NCBI GenBank assembly: GCA_017402445.1
Contig: JAFPME010000033.1
Location: forward strand, 3,379-67,378
Direction: 5' to 3'
DNA length: 64,000 nucleotides
Origin: Prevotella sp.
GTDB lineage: Bacteria > Bacteroidota > Bacteroidia > Bacteroidales > Bacteroidaceae
The notes beneath the pieces were generated by a model. That model saw only the letters and a list, made by a program, of their open reading frames with translations, was not told the origin of the DNA and made no database searches. This document shows positions 17,958 to 27,919 of this stretch, piece after piece; positions within the stretch are counted from its first letter, which is position 1, and every line of letters begins with the position of its first letter. The position numbers and the translations under genes are program-made.

Positions 17958-20122
17958 TTATTCCTTGTCAAGCAAAATGTTCATCATCTCTACTGCAGCC
18001 TTGGCCACTGACGTTCCAGGGCCGAAGATGGCAGCAACGCCAGCCTTGTAGAGGAAGTCGTAGTCCTGAGCGGGGATGACGCCACCGGCAATGACCATGA
18101 TGTCCTCGCGGCCAAGCTTCTTGAGCTCTTCAATAAGCTGCGGGATGAGCGTCTTGTGACCTGCGGCAAGTGAGGAAGCACCGACGATGTGAACGTCGTT
18201 CTCCACAGCCTCGCGCGCAGCTTCGGCCGGTGTCTGGAACAACGGGCCCATGTCTACGTCGAAGCCACAGTCGGCATAACCCGTTGCTACGACCTTGGCA
18301 CCACGGTCGTGACCGTCCTGACCCATCTTCGCAACGAAGATACGCGGCCGACGTCCTTCCTTCTTGGCAAACTCTTCTGTCAACGCACAGGCTTTCTCAA
18401 AGTCTGAATCGTTCTTACTTTCTGAACTATACACGCCTGAAATGGTTCTGATTACTGCTTTATAACGGCCTACGATTTCTTCGCAGGCATCGCTGATTTC
18501 TCCTAACGTACAACGCAGACCGGCTGCTTTCACGGCCAGATCGAGCAGGTTTTTCTCCGACTTCTTGCCCTCTGAGAACTCGCGCACACACTCGGTGATT
18601 TCCTTCAGGGCTGCCTGGCAGGCTGCTTCGTCGCGGTTGGCGCGCAGCTGCTTGAGGCTTTCCTCCTGCTGCAGACGCACGGCTGTGTTGTCTACTTCGA
18701 GGATATCAATCGGGTCTTCGTGGTCGAGACGGTACTTGTTGGTACCGACGATGGTCTGAACGCCTGAGTCGATGCGTGCCTGCGTACGGGCAGCAGCCTC
18801 TTCGATGCGCATCTTTGGCAGTCCGGTCTCGATGGCCTTGGCCATGCCGCCGAGCTTCTCGATTTCCTGAATGTGCTCCCAAGCTTTGTGAACGAGCTCG
18901 TTAGTGAGCGTCTCTACATAGTAGGAACCTGCCCACGGGTCGATTGCTTGCAGACCTTGGTCTCGTTCTGGATGTAAATCTGTGTGTTACGGGCGATACG
19001 AGCTGAGAAGTCGGTCGGCAGTGCGATGGCTTCATCGAGCGCATTGGTATGCAGCGACTGCGTATGTCCGAGCACGGCAGCCATGGCTTCGATACAGGTA
19101 CGGCCCACATTGTTGAACGGATCCTGCTCGGTGAGCGACCAACCTGAAGTCTGCGAGTGTGTACGCAGAGCCAACGACTTGGGATTCTCGGCACCGAACG
19201 ACTTCACAATCTTCGCCCAAAGCAGACGTCCGGCACGCATCTTGGCAATCTCCATGAAGTGGTTCATGCCAATGGCCCAGAAGAACGACAGACGGGGAGC
19301 GAACTTATCAACGGGGATGCCGGCGTTGACACCCGTGCGGAGATAGTCCATACCGTCGGCCAAAGTGTAAGCCAGCTCGATGTCGGCCGTAGCACCTGCC
19401 TCCTGCATGTGGTATCCGGAGATGGAAATAGAGTTGAACTTCGGCATGAACTGCGATGTGTACTCGAAGATATCAGCAATGATTTTCATCGAGAATGCAG
19501 GCGGGTAGATGTAGGTGTTGCGCACCATGAACTCCTTCAGGATATCGTTCTGAATGGTTCCTGCCATTTCTTCCAGCTTGGCGCCCTGCTCCAGACCGGC
19601 CACGATATAGAAAGCCAGGATGGGCAGCACGGCACCATTCATGGTCATAGAGACCGACATTTTGTTGAGGGGGATGCCTGCGAAGAGCACCTTCATGTTC
19701 TCTTCGCTACAGATGCTCACACCAGCCTTACCCACATCGCCTACGACACGGGGGTTGTCGGGGTCGTAGCCGCGGTGCGTGGGCAGGTCGAAGGCCACAG
19801 AAAGACCTTTCTGACCAGAAGCCAGGTTGCGGCGATAGAAGGCATTCGATTCCTCGGCGGTGGAGAATCCTGCATACTGACGGATGGTCCACGGGCGGAA
19901 CGGATACATCATGGAATACGGACCGCGCAGGAAGGGCGGAATACCAGCTGTGAAGTCGAGGTGCTCCATGCCTTCAAGGTCTTCTTTTGTATAAACTGGG
20001 CGAACTTCAATATGCTCTGGAGTCTTCCAGTTAGGCGTAATGTTGTTCTCCTTCAGCCAAGCATTGCCGTCTTTGGCCTGAATGCCGGCATAGATATCTA
20101 TATCTTTAAACTGTTTTCTCAT
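17958..20122 (-). pseudogene. scpA: Methylmalonyl-CoA mutase large (catalytic, B12-binding) subunit, split by a 1-bp frameshift (real lesion or sequencing error)
   Basis: N-part [11 protein letters not shown]...[18 protein letters not shown]; C-part IDPWAGSYY...KMGQDGHDRG...SSLAAGH. The span is 2165 bp, one short of a multiple of three; the shift lies at about 18944-18948. Confidence 0.9.
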
Positions 20123-20140
20123 CTTTCTGTTCCTCCAACA

Positions 20141-21994
20141 TTAAATGCCTAATTTCTGATTATACTCCTTCAACGTCTCAAGCACATTGCACTTCACGTG
20201 TACAAAGTTCTCGATACCGGCTGCCTTCAGGTCATCCATGCAGGCAGGAGCGCCGGCAACGACGAACATGGCTCGCCCGTTGAGATATTTGAAAGCGGGA
20301 ATAGCATATTCTGCATACTCATCATCGCTTGAGCAGATGACCACGATGTCGGCCTTGGCCTCCAAAGCTGCATCGACACCTTCCTCCACGGTCTTGAAAC
20401 CGAGGTTGTCGATGACTTTGTAGCCGGCACATGCAAGGAAGTTGCAGGAGAACTGAGCACGAGCCTGACGCATGGCAAGGTTTCCGATGGTCAGCATGAA
20501 TGCTGTGGGCACCTTGGTCTCCTCTGTGTGGATGCGCAGATTCTCGAAATCGGCAGCCAAACGGGTGCTTTCAATCTTCTTGAAGGCAGATTCTGTTTCC
20601 TGCTGGCCGCATCCGCAGCAACAAGCGATGGCACGCTTGCCCTCACTCTTCTCTGTGAAGTTGGGGAACTGGTTGGTGCCGAGGAGGAACTCCTTACGCT
20701 TTGCGGCGTCACCATGACGCTTCACATTGGTGGCGTTGATGTCGTCCTGAACGGTTCCAGCCTTGACGGCAGCAAGGAAGCCGCCCTCATCTTCCACCTT
20801 GAGGAAGATTTTCCATCCCTCCACGGCAAGGCTGTCGGTGAGATGCTCAATGTAGTAGGAGCCAGCACCTGGATCGACCACCTTATTAAAATGACACTCT
20901 TCCTTCAACAGCAACTGCTGGTTGCGTGCGATGCGCTCTGAGAAATCGGTCGGCTGCTCGTAGGTGACATCAAACGGAGTGACAACCATCGAGTGTACGC
21001 CAGCCAAAGCTGCGCTCATGGCTTCTGTCTGCGAGCGGAGAAGGTTGACATAGCTGTCGAAAAGGGTCTGATTGTACTTGGAGGTGACGGCGTTGACACA
21101 CATCTTGCATGCGCAGTCGCACTTCGGCTCATACTGTTTGACTATCTGAGCCCACAACATGCGTGCAGCACGGAACTTAGCCAGTTCCATGAAATAGTTC
21201 TCAGAGACGCCCATGTTGAACTTAATCTTCTTTGCAGCAAGGTCCACATCGACACCTGCGTCCACCAGTTGCTGCAGGTATTCGTTACCCCAGGCAAGGG
21301 CATAACCCAGTTCCTGAACGATGTAAGCACCGGCATTGTTCAGCGAGACGGTGTTCACGCAGATGCAACGGAAGTTGGGATAATCCTTGAGAGCCTCAAC
21401 GAGCTGCGGACCGAAAGCGAGGACAGCTGTGACATCCTTTCCTTTCATGACCATCTTCTGCAGCGGGTCGAAATCGATGGAGCCAACCACCTTCTCCTTG
21501 TCATAGCCTTTCTTCTCGAAATAGGCCGTCAGGATCTGTGCAAGCTCAAGCGCATGGCGCTGGCATGTGTGGAAGTTCACCTCCACAACATCGCAAAGGA
21601 TGCCGTCGAGCAGCTGCTCGATGAACTCAGCGTTCACTTTGTCACCGTGAATACGGAAGCCCAGGGAGTCGATACCTTTATTCAGGATGTCGAGTGCCTT
21701 CTTGTTAGCCTCCACGGCATCGTCAGCTACAATGTCCTGACGGATGTACCAGGTGTTGTCATCCTTTTTATTTCCGCGAACGAACGGGAATTCTCCAGGA
21801 AGGGATTCCGGTGTTTTCAGCTTTAACACGTCCTCACGGCGATAGAAGGGTTGCACATTAAAACCTTCATTTGTTCTCCATACCAGTCGTTTGTTGAAGT
21901 CGGCACCTTTCAGGTCCACTTCAATCTTGTCCAACCACTCTTGTGTGGTAGGCGCTTTGAACTCGGTAAAGAGTTTTTCTTTACTGTTTGACAT
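20141..21994 (-). CDS. mutA: Methylmalonyl-CoA mutase small subunit
   Basis: PGEFPFVRG, RIARNQQLLLKEE, DPGAGSYYIE, GTNQFPN, ICSSDDEY; lacks the DxHxxG cobalamin motif. Confidence 0.93.
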   Translation of the reverse strand: MSNSKEKLFTEFKAPTTQEWLDKIEVDLKGADFNKRLVWRTNEGFNVQPFYRREDVLKLKTPESLPGEFPFVRGNKKDDNTWYIRQDIVADDAVEANKKALDILNKGIDSLGFRIHGDKVNAEFIEQLLDGILCDVVEVNFHTCQRHALELAQILTAYFEKKGYDKEKVVGSIDFDPLQKMVMKGKDVTAVLAFGPQLVEALKDYPNFRCICVNTVSLNNAGAYIVQELGYALAWGNEYLQQLVDAGVDVDLAAKKIKFNMGVSENYFMELAKFRAARMLWAQIVKQYEPKCDCACKMCVNAVTSKYNQTLFDSYVNLLRSQTEAMSAALAGVHSMVVTPFDVTYEQPTDFSERIARNQQLLLKEECHFNKVVDPGAGSYYIEHLTDSLAVEGWKIFLKVEDEGGFLAAVKAGTVQDDINATNVKRHGDAAKRKEFLLGTNQFPNFTEKSEGKRAIACCCGCGQQETESAFKKIESTRLAADFENLRIHTEETKVPTAFMLTIGNLAMRQARAQFSCNFLACAGYKVIDNLGFKTVEEGVDAALEAKADIVVICSSDDEYAEYAIPAFKYLNGRAMFVVAGAPACMDDLKAAGIENFVHVKCNVLETLKEYNQKLGI

Positions 21995-22072
21995 AACGTT
22001 AATTGTGTATTATTAATAAGTTATTTAAGTTGTAGCATATACAATAAGGATAAAATATACCCTATAACGGTG

Positions 22073-22213
22073 CAAAGATAAGTTTTTTTTCCGACATGGC
22101 AAGATTTTAAAACGATAATTTTATATTTAAACATTAAAAATTCAAAAACTCAAAAAACGCGACAAAATTCATGCACAAAAATTGCGGAATGCGCATTTTA
22201 TTACGTAACTTTG
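22073..22213. promoter_or_regulatory. Divergent promoters for the mutase operon and the transporter-decarboxylase operon
   Basis: TATCTTTG on minus (22073-22080) and TAACTTTG on plus (22206-22213) in an AT-rich spacer. Confidence 0.65.
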
Positions 22214-22347
22214 CACCCAAATTCGGCTTTGCATAAAGACACTTCATGTTTTTCATCCTGCAACGCCGAAGAATGAGCTTTTCAAGACAATGCAGACAAT
22301 GCTTTTGTTTTGTTTAGTTTTCATTGAAAAAAGACGTTAAAATTGTT

Positions 22348-24033
22348 ATGGATTGGCTAATTGACATATTTACAAACACAGAATCGGTAGCACACATTGT
22401 ATTGCTGTATTCTACAGTGATTGCTATTGGAGTACTTTTGGGAAAGATTAAGTTCGGTGGAATATCGCTTGGTGTAACATTTGTGCTGTTCGCAGGCATC
22501 GTTGCCGGGCACATCGGGTTTACAGGCCCTATGCCTATTCTTACGTTTTTACAAGAATTCGGACTCGTTCTGTTCGTCTTCATGATAGGACTGCAGGTCG
22601 GTCCCGGTTTCTTTGAAAGCTTCGGGACCGTCGGCGTCAAGATGAACGGTCTTTCCACGGCACTGATTTTTCTGAACATAATCGTCATGTTCGGTTGCTA
22701 CTACACCTTCTTCGACACCAGCGACCCACAGAATCTGCCCATGCTCGTGGGCACTCTCTACGGCGCCGTCACCAATACGCCAGGTCTTGGTGCTGCCAAC
22801 GAAGCACTGAGCAGCGTTTTCAGCAACAACATACCGCAGATTGCATCGGGCTATGCCTGCGCTTATCCGCTCGGTGTCCTCGGCATTATTGGTGCCACAA
22901 TACTCATCCGCTACCTGTGCAGCATCAACCTGGACAAGGAAGAAGAACGCCTCAAGGCAGAAGATGCCGCCAACAGTGCTAACAATCCGCACCGCCTGCG
23001 TCTGAAAGTTACCAATTCGTACCTTGAAGGCAAGACGATGTTGCAGGTTCACAACTTCCTGAACCGCGACTTTGTGTGTTCCCGCATTCTTCATGACGGA
23101 CATGTCAGCATACCGAATCGCGACACAATTTTTCACATCGGCGACATTCTCAACATCGTATGTGCGGAGACCGACCAGGAAGCCATCGTCGCTTTCATTG
23201 GTCCAGAGACGGACATTGACTGGGAAGAGCAAGACCAGCCAATGGTCAGCAAGCGCATTGTCGTGACCAACCCGTCCATCAACGGCAAGACGCTGGGCAA
23301 GATGCACTTCTCGAGTGTGCATGGAGTGAACGTAACACGCGTAACGCGCCACGGCATTGAGCTGTTTGCCAGTGTCAGCCTGCCGCTTCAAGTCGGCGAC
23401 CGCATCATGGTAGTCGGTCCGGAAGACTCTGTCAACCGTGTAACAAACCTCATGGGCAACTCCGCTCGACGACTGAATGCACCGAACATAGCAACCATTT
23501 TCATAGGAATCATCTTAGGCATCGTCTTTGGATCGCTGCCAATTGCCATACCCGGAATGCCCGTACCGATGAAGCTCGGCATCGCTGGCGGTCCCCTGAT
23601 TATAGCTATTCTGATAGGACGCTACGGCTACAAGATCCATCTTGTGACCTATACGACGACATCTGCTAACATGATGCTTCGCGAAATAGGGCTTGTGCTG
23701 TTCTTGGCGAGCGTGGGTATCAAGGCAGGAGCAGGATTCTGGGAGACAGTTGTACAGGGCGACGGTCTGCTCTACGTTCTATCTGGTTTCCTCATCACCG
23801 TTATACCTATTTTAATAATAGGCCCGATAGCGCGGAAACGTTTCAACTTCAACTATTTCACCATCATGGGTATGCTTGCAGGAACGTATACGGACCCGCC
23901 GGCACTCGCTTATGCTAACAGTGTATGCTCCAAAGAAGCTCCTGCTGTGGGCTACTCCACGGTATATCCGCTATCGATGTTTCTCCGTATATTCACTGCA
24001 CAGATCATTGTTTTGTTTTTCTGCGGAACCTGA
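22348..24033 (+). CDS. AspT/YidE/YbjL (AAE) family transporter with two TrkA-C domains
   Basis: [38 protein letters not shown], duplicated [12 protein letters not shown]...YSTVYP. Confidence 0.88.
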   Translation: MDWLIDIFTNTESVAHIVLLYSTVIAIGVLLGKIKFGGISLGVTFVLFAGIVAGHIGFTGPMPILTFLQEFGLVLFVFMIGLQVGPGFFESFGTVGVKMNGLSTALIFLNIIVMFGCYYTFFDTSDPQNLPMLVGTLYGAVTNTPGLGAANEALSSVFSNNIPQIASGYACAYPLGVLGIIGATILIRYLCSINLDKEEERLKAEDAANSANNPHRLRLKVTNSYLEGKTMLQVHNFLNRDFVCSRILHDGHVSIPNRDTIFHIGDILNIVCAETDQEAIVAFIGPETDIDWEEQDQPMVSKRIVVTNPSINGKTLGKMHFSSVHGVNVTRVTRHGIELFASVSLPLQVGDRIMVVGPEDSVNRVTNLMGNSARRLNAPNIATIFIGIILGIVFGSLPIAIPGMPVPMKLGIAGGPLIIAILIGRYGYKIHLVTYTTTSANMMLREIGLVLFLASVGIKAGAGFWETVVQGDGLLYVLSGFLITVIPILIIGPIARKRFNFNYFTIMGMLAGTYTDPPALAYANSVCSKEAPAVGYSTVYPLSMFLRIFTAQIIVLFFCGT

Positions 24034-24099
24034 TAAACGAGCATAAGGACAAAAAAAAGAAATCGTAATAACAAAAAACCTAATAATACACAAACGGAA

Positions 24100-25023
24100 A
24101 TGAACAAATTTGCATTACTGCTCAGTGGTTTGCTGATGACATGCACCTCAATGGTGTTCGGCCAGGGGGCCAAGAACATCAAAATCAACGAGGTGATGAC
24201 CAACAACACTTCAAGTCTGCAGGATGAATTCGGACAGCACCTGCCCTGGGTAGAGCTTGCCAACACGTCGTTTTCAACTTACAACGTGCGCGGTATGTTC
24301 ATCACAACAGACAGAAGGGCGCTTTCCACGAATCTGACAGCGCCCCAACGTATCGCCATGATGAGCCCTATTCCCAACGGGGAGAAGCGCACATCCATGA
24401 GCGGACGCGACCATCTGGTATTCTTCCTGAACTCAATTCCTGCCAAAGGATCCCTTCACCTGAATGCCAAAGTGACTCCCAATCAGCCGTTATGGATTGC
24501 GCTCTACGACGGTAACGGCATCGACCTCATCGACTCAGTGAGCGTTCCTGCACTGACAGCCAACAAGTCGTATGCCCGAATCAAGGACGGAAGCGCATCA
24601 TGGGACGTCAAAGCAGAAGAAGCCGTAACCCCGGCGATTGGCAATTACATAGAAATCAACGAATCGAAGATAGCCCGCCTGAAGCGTGACGACCCTTATG
24701 GATTTGGTATCACCGTGCTTTCCATGGGTATCGTGTTCTTCTGTCTCACCCTTCTCTATCTTTTCTTCACTTTGTTCGGAAAGATTGTTGTCAAGCAGAA
24801 AGCACAGAAAAAGGCCTCACGCGAAGAGCAATTCAACGCTGCGGCAGCTGCTTACAGGGCCTCAAAGGCCGCAAGTGCTGACATGAAGGAGACAGACAAA
24901 GAAATCTACATGGCCGTTATCGCCATGGCTCTGAAGCAGTATACCGACAACATCCACGACGAAGAAAGTGGAATCATCACCATCAAGCCTCACCACACAA
25001 TGTGGAACAACGAGGTGAACTAA
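24100..25023 (+). CDS. Na+-translocating decarboxylase gamma/delta-type subunit (OadG family) with lamin-tail-like N-domain
   Basis: Signal peptide, IKINEVM...WVEL, one TM helix (GITVLSMGIVFFCL), AVIAMAL...HDEESGIITI. Confidence 0.8.
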   Translation: MNKFALLLSGLLMTCTSMVFGQGAKNIKINEVMTNNTSSLQDEFGQHLPWVELANTSFSTYNVRGMFITTDRRALSTNLTAPQRIAMMSPIPNGEKRTSMSGRDHLVFFLNSIPAKGSLHLNAKVTPNQPLWIALYDGNGIDLIDSVSVPALTANKSYARIKDGSASWDVKAEEAVTPAIGNYIEINESKIARLKRDDPYGFGITVLSMGIVFFCLTLLYLFFTLFGKIVVKQKAQKKASREEQFNAAAAAYRASKAASADMKETDKEIYMAVIAMALKQYTDNIHDEESGIITIKPHHTMWNNEVN

Positions 25024-25078
25024 GCAAAACAATCATCATTTCAACAGTATCAACAATCAAATCATATTTATAGTAGAC

Positions 25079-25525
25079 ATGGAAAAGTATCAATATACAG
25101 TGAAGGGCGTCGACTACGACGTTGAGATAGAAAAGATCGAGGGAAACATCGCTAATGTTTCCGTAAACGGGATACCGTTCGAAGTAGAAATGAAACAGCC
25201 CGTCAAGGCCACGCCCAAGCCTGCCAAGGTGAAACCAGCAGTAGCAACAGCCCCCGTTGCCGCTGCACCGTCCGCGCCCGCAGCAGCAGCTCCTCAAGCA
25301 GCCGTTGGCACTGGCAAGAAGGTAACAGCCCCGCTTCCAGGCACAATCACCGAAGTGAAGGTAGCCGTAGGACAGACTGTCAAAGCCGGAGATACCGTTG
25401 TCATCCTGGAAGCCATGAAGATGCAGAACAACATCGAGGCAGACAATGCAGGAACCGTCACTTCCGTACTGGTCAAGCAAGGCGACACCGTCATGGAAGG
25501 CACCACCCTTGTGACCATCGGATAG
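25079..25525 (+). CDS. Biotin carboxyl carrier subunit of the decarboxylase
   Basis: Ala/Pro linker, APLPG, EAMKM biotinylation motif. Confidence 0.93.
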   Translation: MEKYQYTVKGVDYDVEIEKIEGNIANVSVNGIPFEVEMKQPVKATPKPAKVKPAVATAPVAAAPSAPAAAAPQAAVGTGKKVTAPLPGTITEVKVAVGQTVKAGDTVVILEAMKMQNNIEADNAGTVTSVLVKQGDTVMEGTTLVTIG

Positions 25526-25583
25526 GCCCGTCATGCTCGCCGCAACAGTGTAAATAACGTCAATCGAAAAATCGAAATACATC

Positions 25584-26741
25584 ATGAGCTTTACTGAATT
25601 CATTGTCAGCAACTTTAATGAGTTCCTCACCTATACGGGCTTTGCCAATGCCACGGTGCCAAACCTCATCATGATTCTTGTCGGAGCCTTCTTCATCTGG
25701 CTCGCCATTAAGAAAGACTTCGAGCCGTTGTTGCTCGTTCCCATAGGTCTTGGCATCATTCTCGGAAACATTCCCTTCCGCGCTGACGCTGGTCTTGAAA
25801 TCGGTCTGTACGAGGACAATTCCGTGCTGAACATCTTCTATCAGGGCGTCCGCCAAGGTTGGTATCCGCCACTCGTGTTCCTCGGCATCGGAGCCATGAC
25901 AGACTTCTCAGCACTCATAGCAAATCCGAAGCTCGTTCTCATCGGAGCGGCCGCACAGTTCGGCATCTTCGGAGCCTACATGACAGCCTTGGGACTCGGT
26001 TTTGAGCCCAATCAGGCTGCCGGTATAGCTATCATCGGTGGAGCAGACGGTCCGACGGCCATCTTCCTTTCATCGAAGACAGCCCCCAATCTGATGGGAG
26101 CCATTGCCGTCTGCGCCTATTCCTACATGGCGTTGGTACCTGTTATCCAGCCGTTCATCATGCGTCTGATGACCACGAAGAAGGAACGCCTCATCCGAAT
26201 GAAGCCCGTCCGCCACGTCAGCCAGACCGAACGCATCCTGTTCCCGATCATCGGACTGTTGCTCACCACGTTCATTGTTCCTTCCGGCCTACCATTGCTG
26301 GGCATGCTGTTCTTCGGAAACCTGCTGAAGGAGTCCGGAAAGACCACCCGTCTGGCCAAGACTGCCGGCGCAGCGCTCAATGACATTGTCGTCATGCTGC
26401 TCGGTCTCACCGTCGGTTGCTCCACCCAGGCCAGCGAATTCCTGACCATGAACACCATCTTCATCTTCGCAATCGGTGCCTGCGCCTTCATAGTAGCCAC
26501 CGTCAGCGGCGTGGGCTTTGTGAAAATCATGAACCTGTTCCTGCCGAAAGACAAGAAAATCAACCCGCTCATCGGCAATGCCGGCGTCAGTGCCGTCCCC
26601 ATGGCTGCGCGCATTTCGAACAACATGGGCTTGGAATACGACCGCCACAACTTCCTGCTCATGCACGCCATGGGTCCGAACGTAGCCGGTGTGATCGGTT
26701 CAGCAGTTGCCGCCGGTGCACTGCTTGGTTTCCTAAGCTAA
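25584..26741 (+). CDS. oadB: Na+-translocating decarboxylase beta subunit (OadB/MmdB)
   Basis: FEPLLLVPIG, GAMTDF, IIGGADGPTAIF, AGVSAVPMAAR, HAMGPNVAGVIGS. Confidence 0.93.
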   Translation: MSFTEFIVSNFNEFLTYTGFANATVPNLIMILVGAFFIWLAIKKDFEPLLLVPIGLGIILGNIPFRADAGLEIGLYEDNSVLNIFYQGVRQGWYPPLVFLGIGAMTDFSALIANPKLVLIGAAAQFGIFGAYMTALGLGFEPNQAAGIAIIGGADGPTAIFLSSKTAPNLMGAIAVCAYSYMALVPVIQPFIMRLMTTKKERLIRMKPVRHVSQTERILFPIIGLLLTTFIVPSGLPLLGMLFFGNLLKESGKTTRLAKTAGAALNDIVVMLLGLTVGCSTQASEFLTMNTIFIFAIGACAFIVATVSGVGFVKIMNLFLPKDKKINPLIGNAGVSAVPMAARISNNMGLEYDRHNFLLMHAMGPNVAGVIGSAVAAGALLGFLS

Positions 26742-26764
26742 CCTGCCCCAGCCAACTATAGCGT

Positions 26765-27358
26765 ATGATGATGCAAGGACGACCCAAAATGGCAATCATA
26801 GACCCCAACACGCTCGCCGTGTTGGGGCTCAAAACCATTTTGCAGGAAGTGATGCCCATCATCACTGTCGACACTTTCGGAACCTTCTCCGAACTGGAAT
26901 CGAACGATCCTGACAGTTATGTTCACTTCTTCGTCGCCATAAACATCGTTATCGAGAACCGACAGTTCTTCCTCGACCGTCGCAGACACACTATCGTACT
27001 CACCACGTCCACAGATGCGCAGATGAGCGATTTCCACTGCCTGTGTACCAATGTAACCGAGCGAGAGCTCATCCATTCCATTCTTTCCCTGCAACAGAAA
27101 GCCCATCCTCAGGGAAAGAATCTTCCTACCCTACCCCAAATCCTGCGAAAGAAGATTCTGAGCGACCGCGAACTGGAAGTGCTGTCGCTCATTGTCCAGG
27201 GCTACATCAACAAGGAGATTGCCGATAAACTCTGCATCGGACTGACCACCGTCATCACCCACCGCAAGAACATCATGGACAAACTGGGAGCTAAGAGCGT
27301 CTCGGCCCTCACCATCTACGCAGTCATGCACGGCTATGTCGACATCAACAAAATCTGA
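26765..27358 (+). CDS. LuxR-family HTH transcriptional regulator
   Basis: C-terminal LSDRELEVL...GYINKEIADKL...TVITHRKNIMDKLG. Confidence 0.9.
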   Translation: MMMQGRPKMAIIDPNTLAVLGLKTILQEVMPIITVDTFGTFSELESNDPDSYVHFFVAINIVIENRQFFLDRRRHTIVLTTSTDAQMSDFHCLCTNVTERELIHSILSLQQKAHPQGKNLPTLPQILRKKILSDRELEVLSLIVQGYINKEIADKLCIGLTTVITHRKNIMDKLGAKSVSALTIYAVMHGYVDINKI

Positions 27359-27387
27359 CAAACCCGAATCCACAAAAAACGAAGCTT

Positions 27388-27858
27388 ATGGGATACATCC
27401 AGAAAAACCTGATGGAAAACGAAAAGGTTGTCTACGAGGCCAGCCTCCATCCGATTGTCTACACATGGCCCTTCCTTTTAGGTCTGGCAGCGCTCGTGTT
27501 CATGTCCATACCCATGAGCGAGACGGAGTTTGTCATCAAGCTCATCGTTGGAATCATGCTGCTGGCAGCCGCCTTTGTATGGGCTCTGACCATCAACAAC
27601 GGCAAGCAGTATGTCATCACGACGCGCCGGCTCATCTTCAAACACGGCATCATCAAGCGGCAGTCCATGGAGCTGCTGCTCCGCAAGTGCGAAGGTGTCA
27701 AGATTGAACAGTCCATCATGGGGCGTCTGCTGAACTACGGAACAGTGATCGTCACGACAGGTGAAGCCTCCAGCTGCTATCACCACATCAAGTCGCCGCT
27801 GACGTTCAGCACCCAGATAAACCAGCAGATAGACAATCTGAAGAACGACTCTGACTGA
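27388..27858 (+). CDS. Bacterial PH-domain membrane protein
   Basis: Two TM helices, then YVITTRRLIFKHGII...QSIMGRLLNYGTV. Confidence 0.82.
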   Translation: MGYIQKNLMENEKVVYEASLHPIVYTWPFLLGLAALVFMSIPMSETEFVIKLIVGIMLLAAAFVWALTINNGKQYVITTRRLIFKHGIIKRQSMELLLRKCEGVKIEQSIMGRLLNYGTVIVTTGEASSCYHHIKSPLTFSTQINQQIDNLKNDSD

Positions 27859-27919
27859 GCCGACCGCTCTTTCTCTGTTTCAAGCAGAGTCTTATTCCGT
27901 GCTCATTGAAGTTGGCAAG

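Noticed and set aside
18930-18960. Programmed ribosomal frameshift in the mutase gene
   Set aside because: No slippery heptamer or long homopolymer at the shift site; a 1-bp deletion or sequencing error is simpler.
21995-22080. Cobalamin riboswitch upstream of the mutase operon
   Set aside because: The leader is only about 75 nt, AT-rich and lacks a B12-box.
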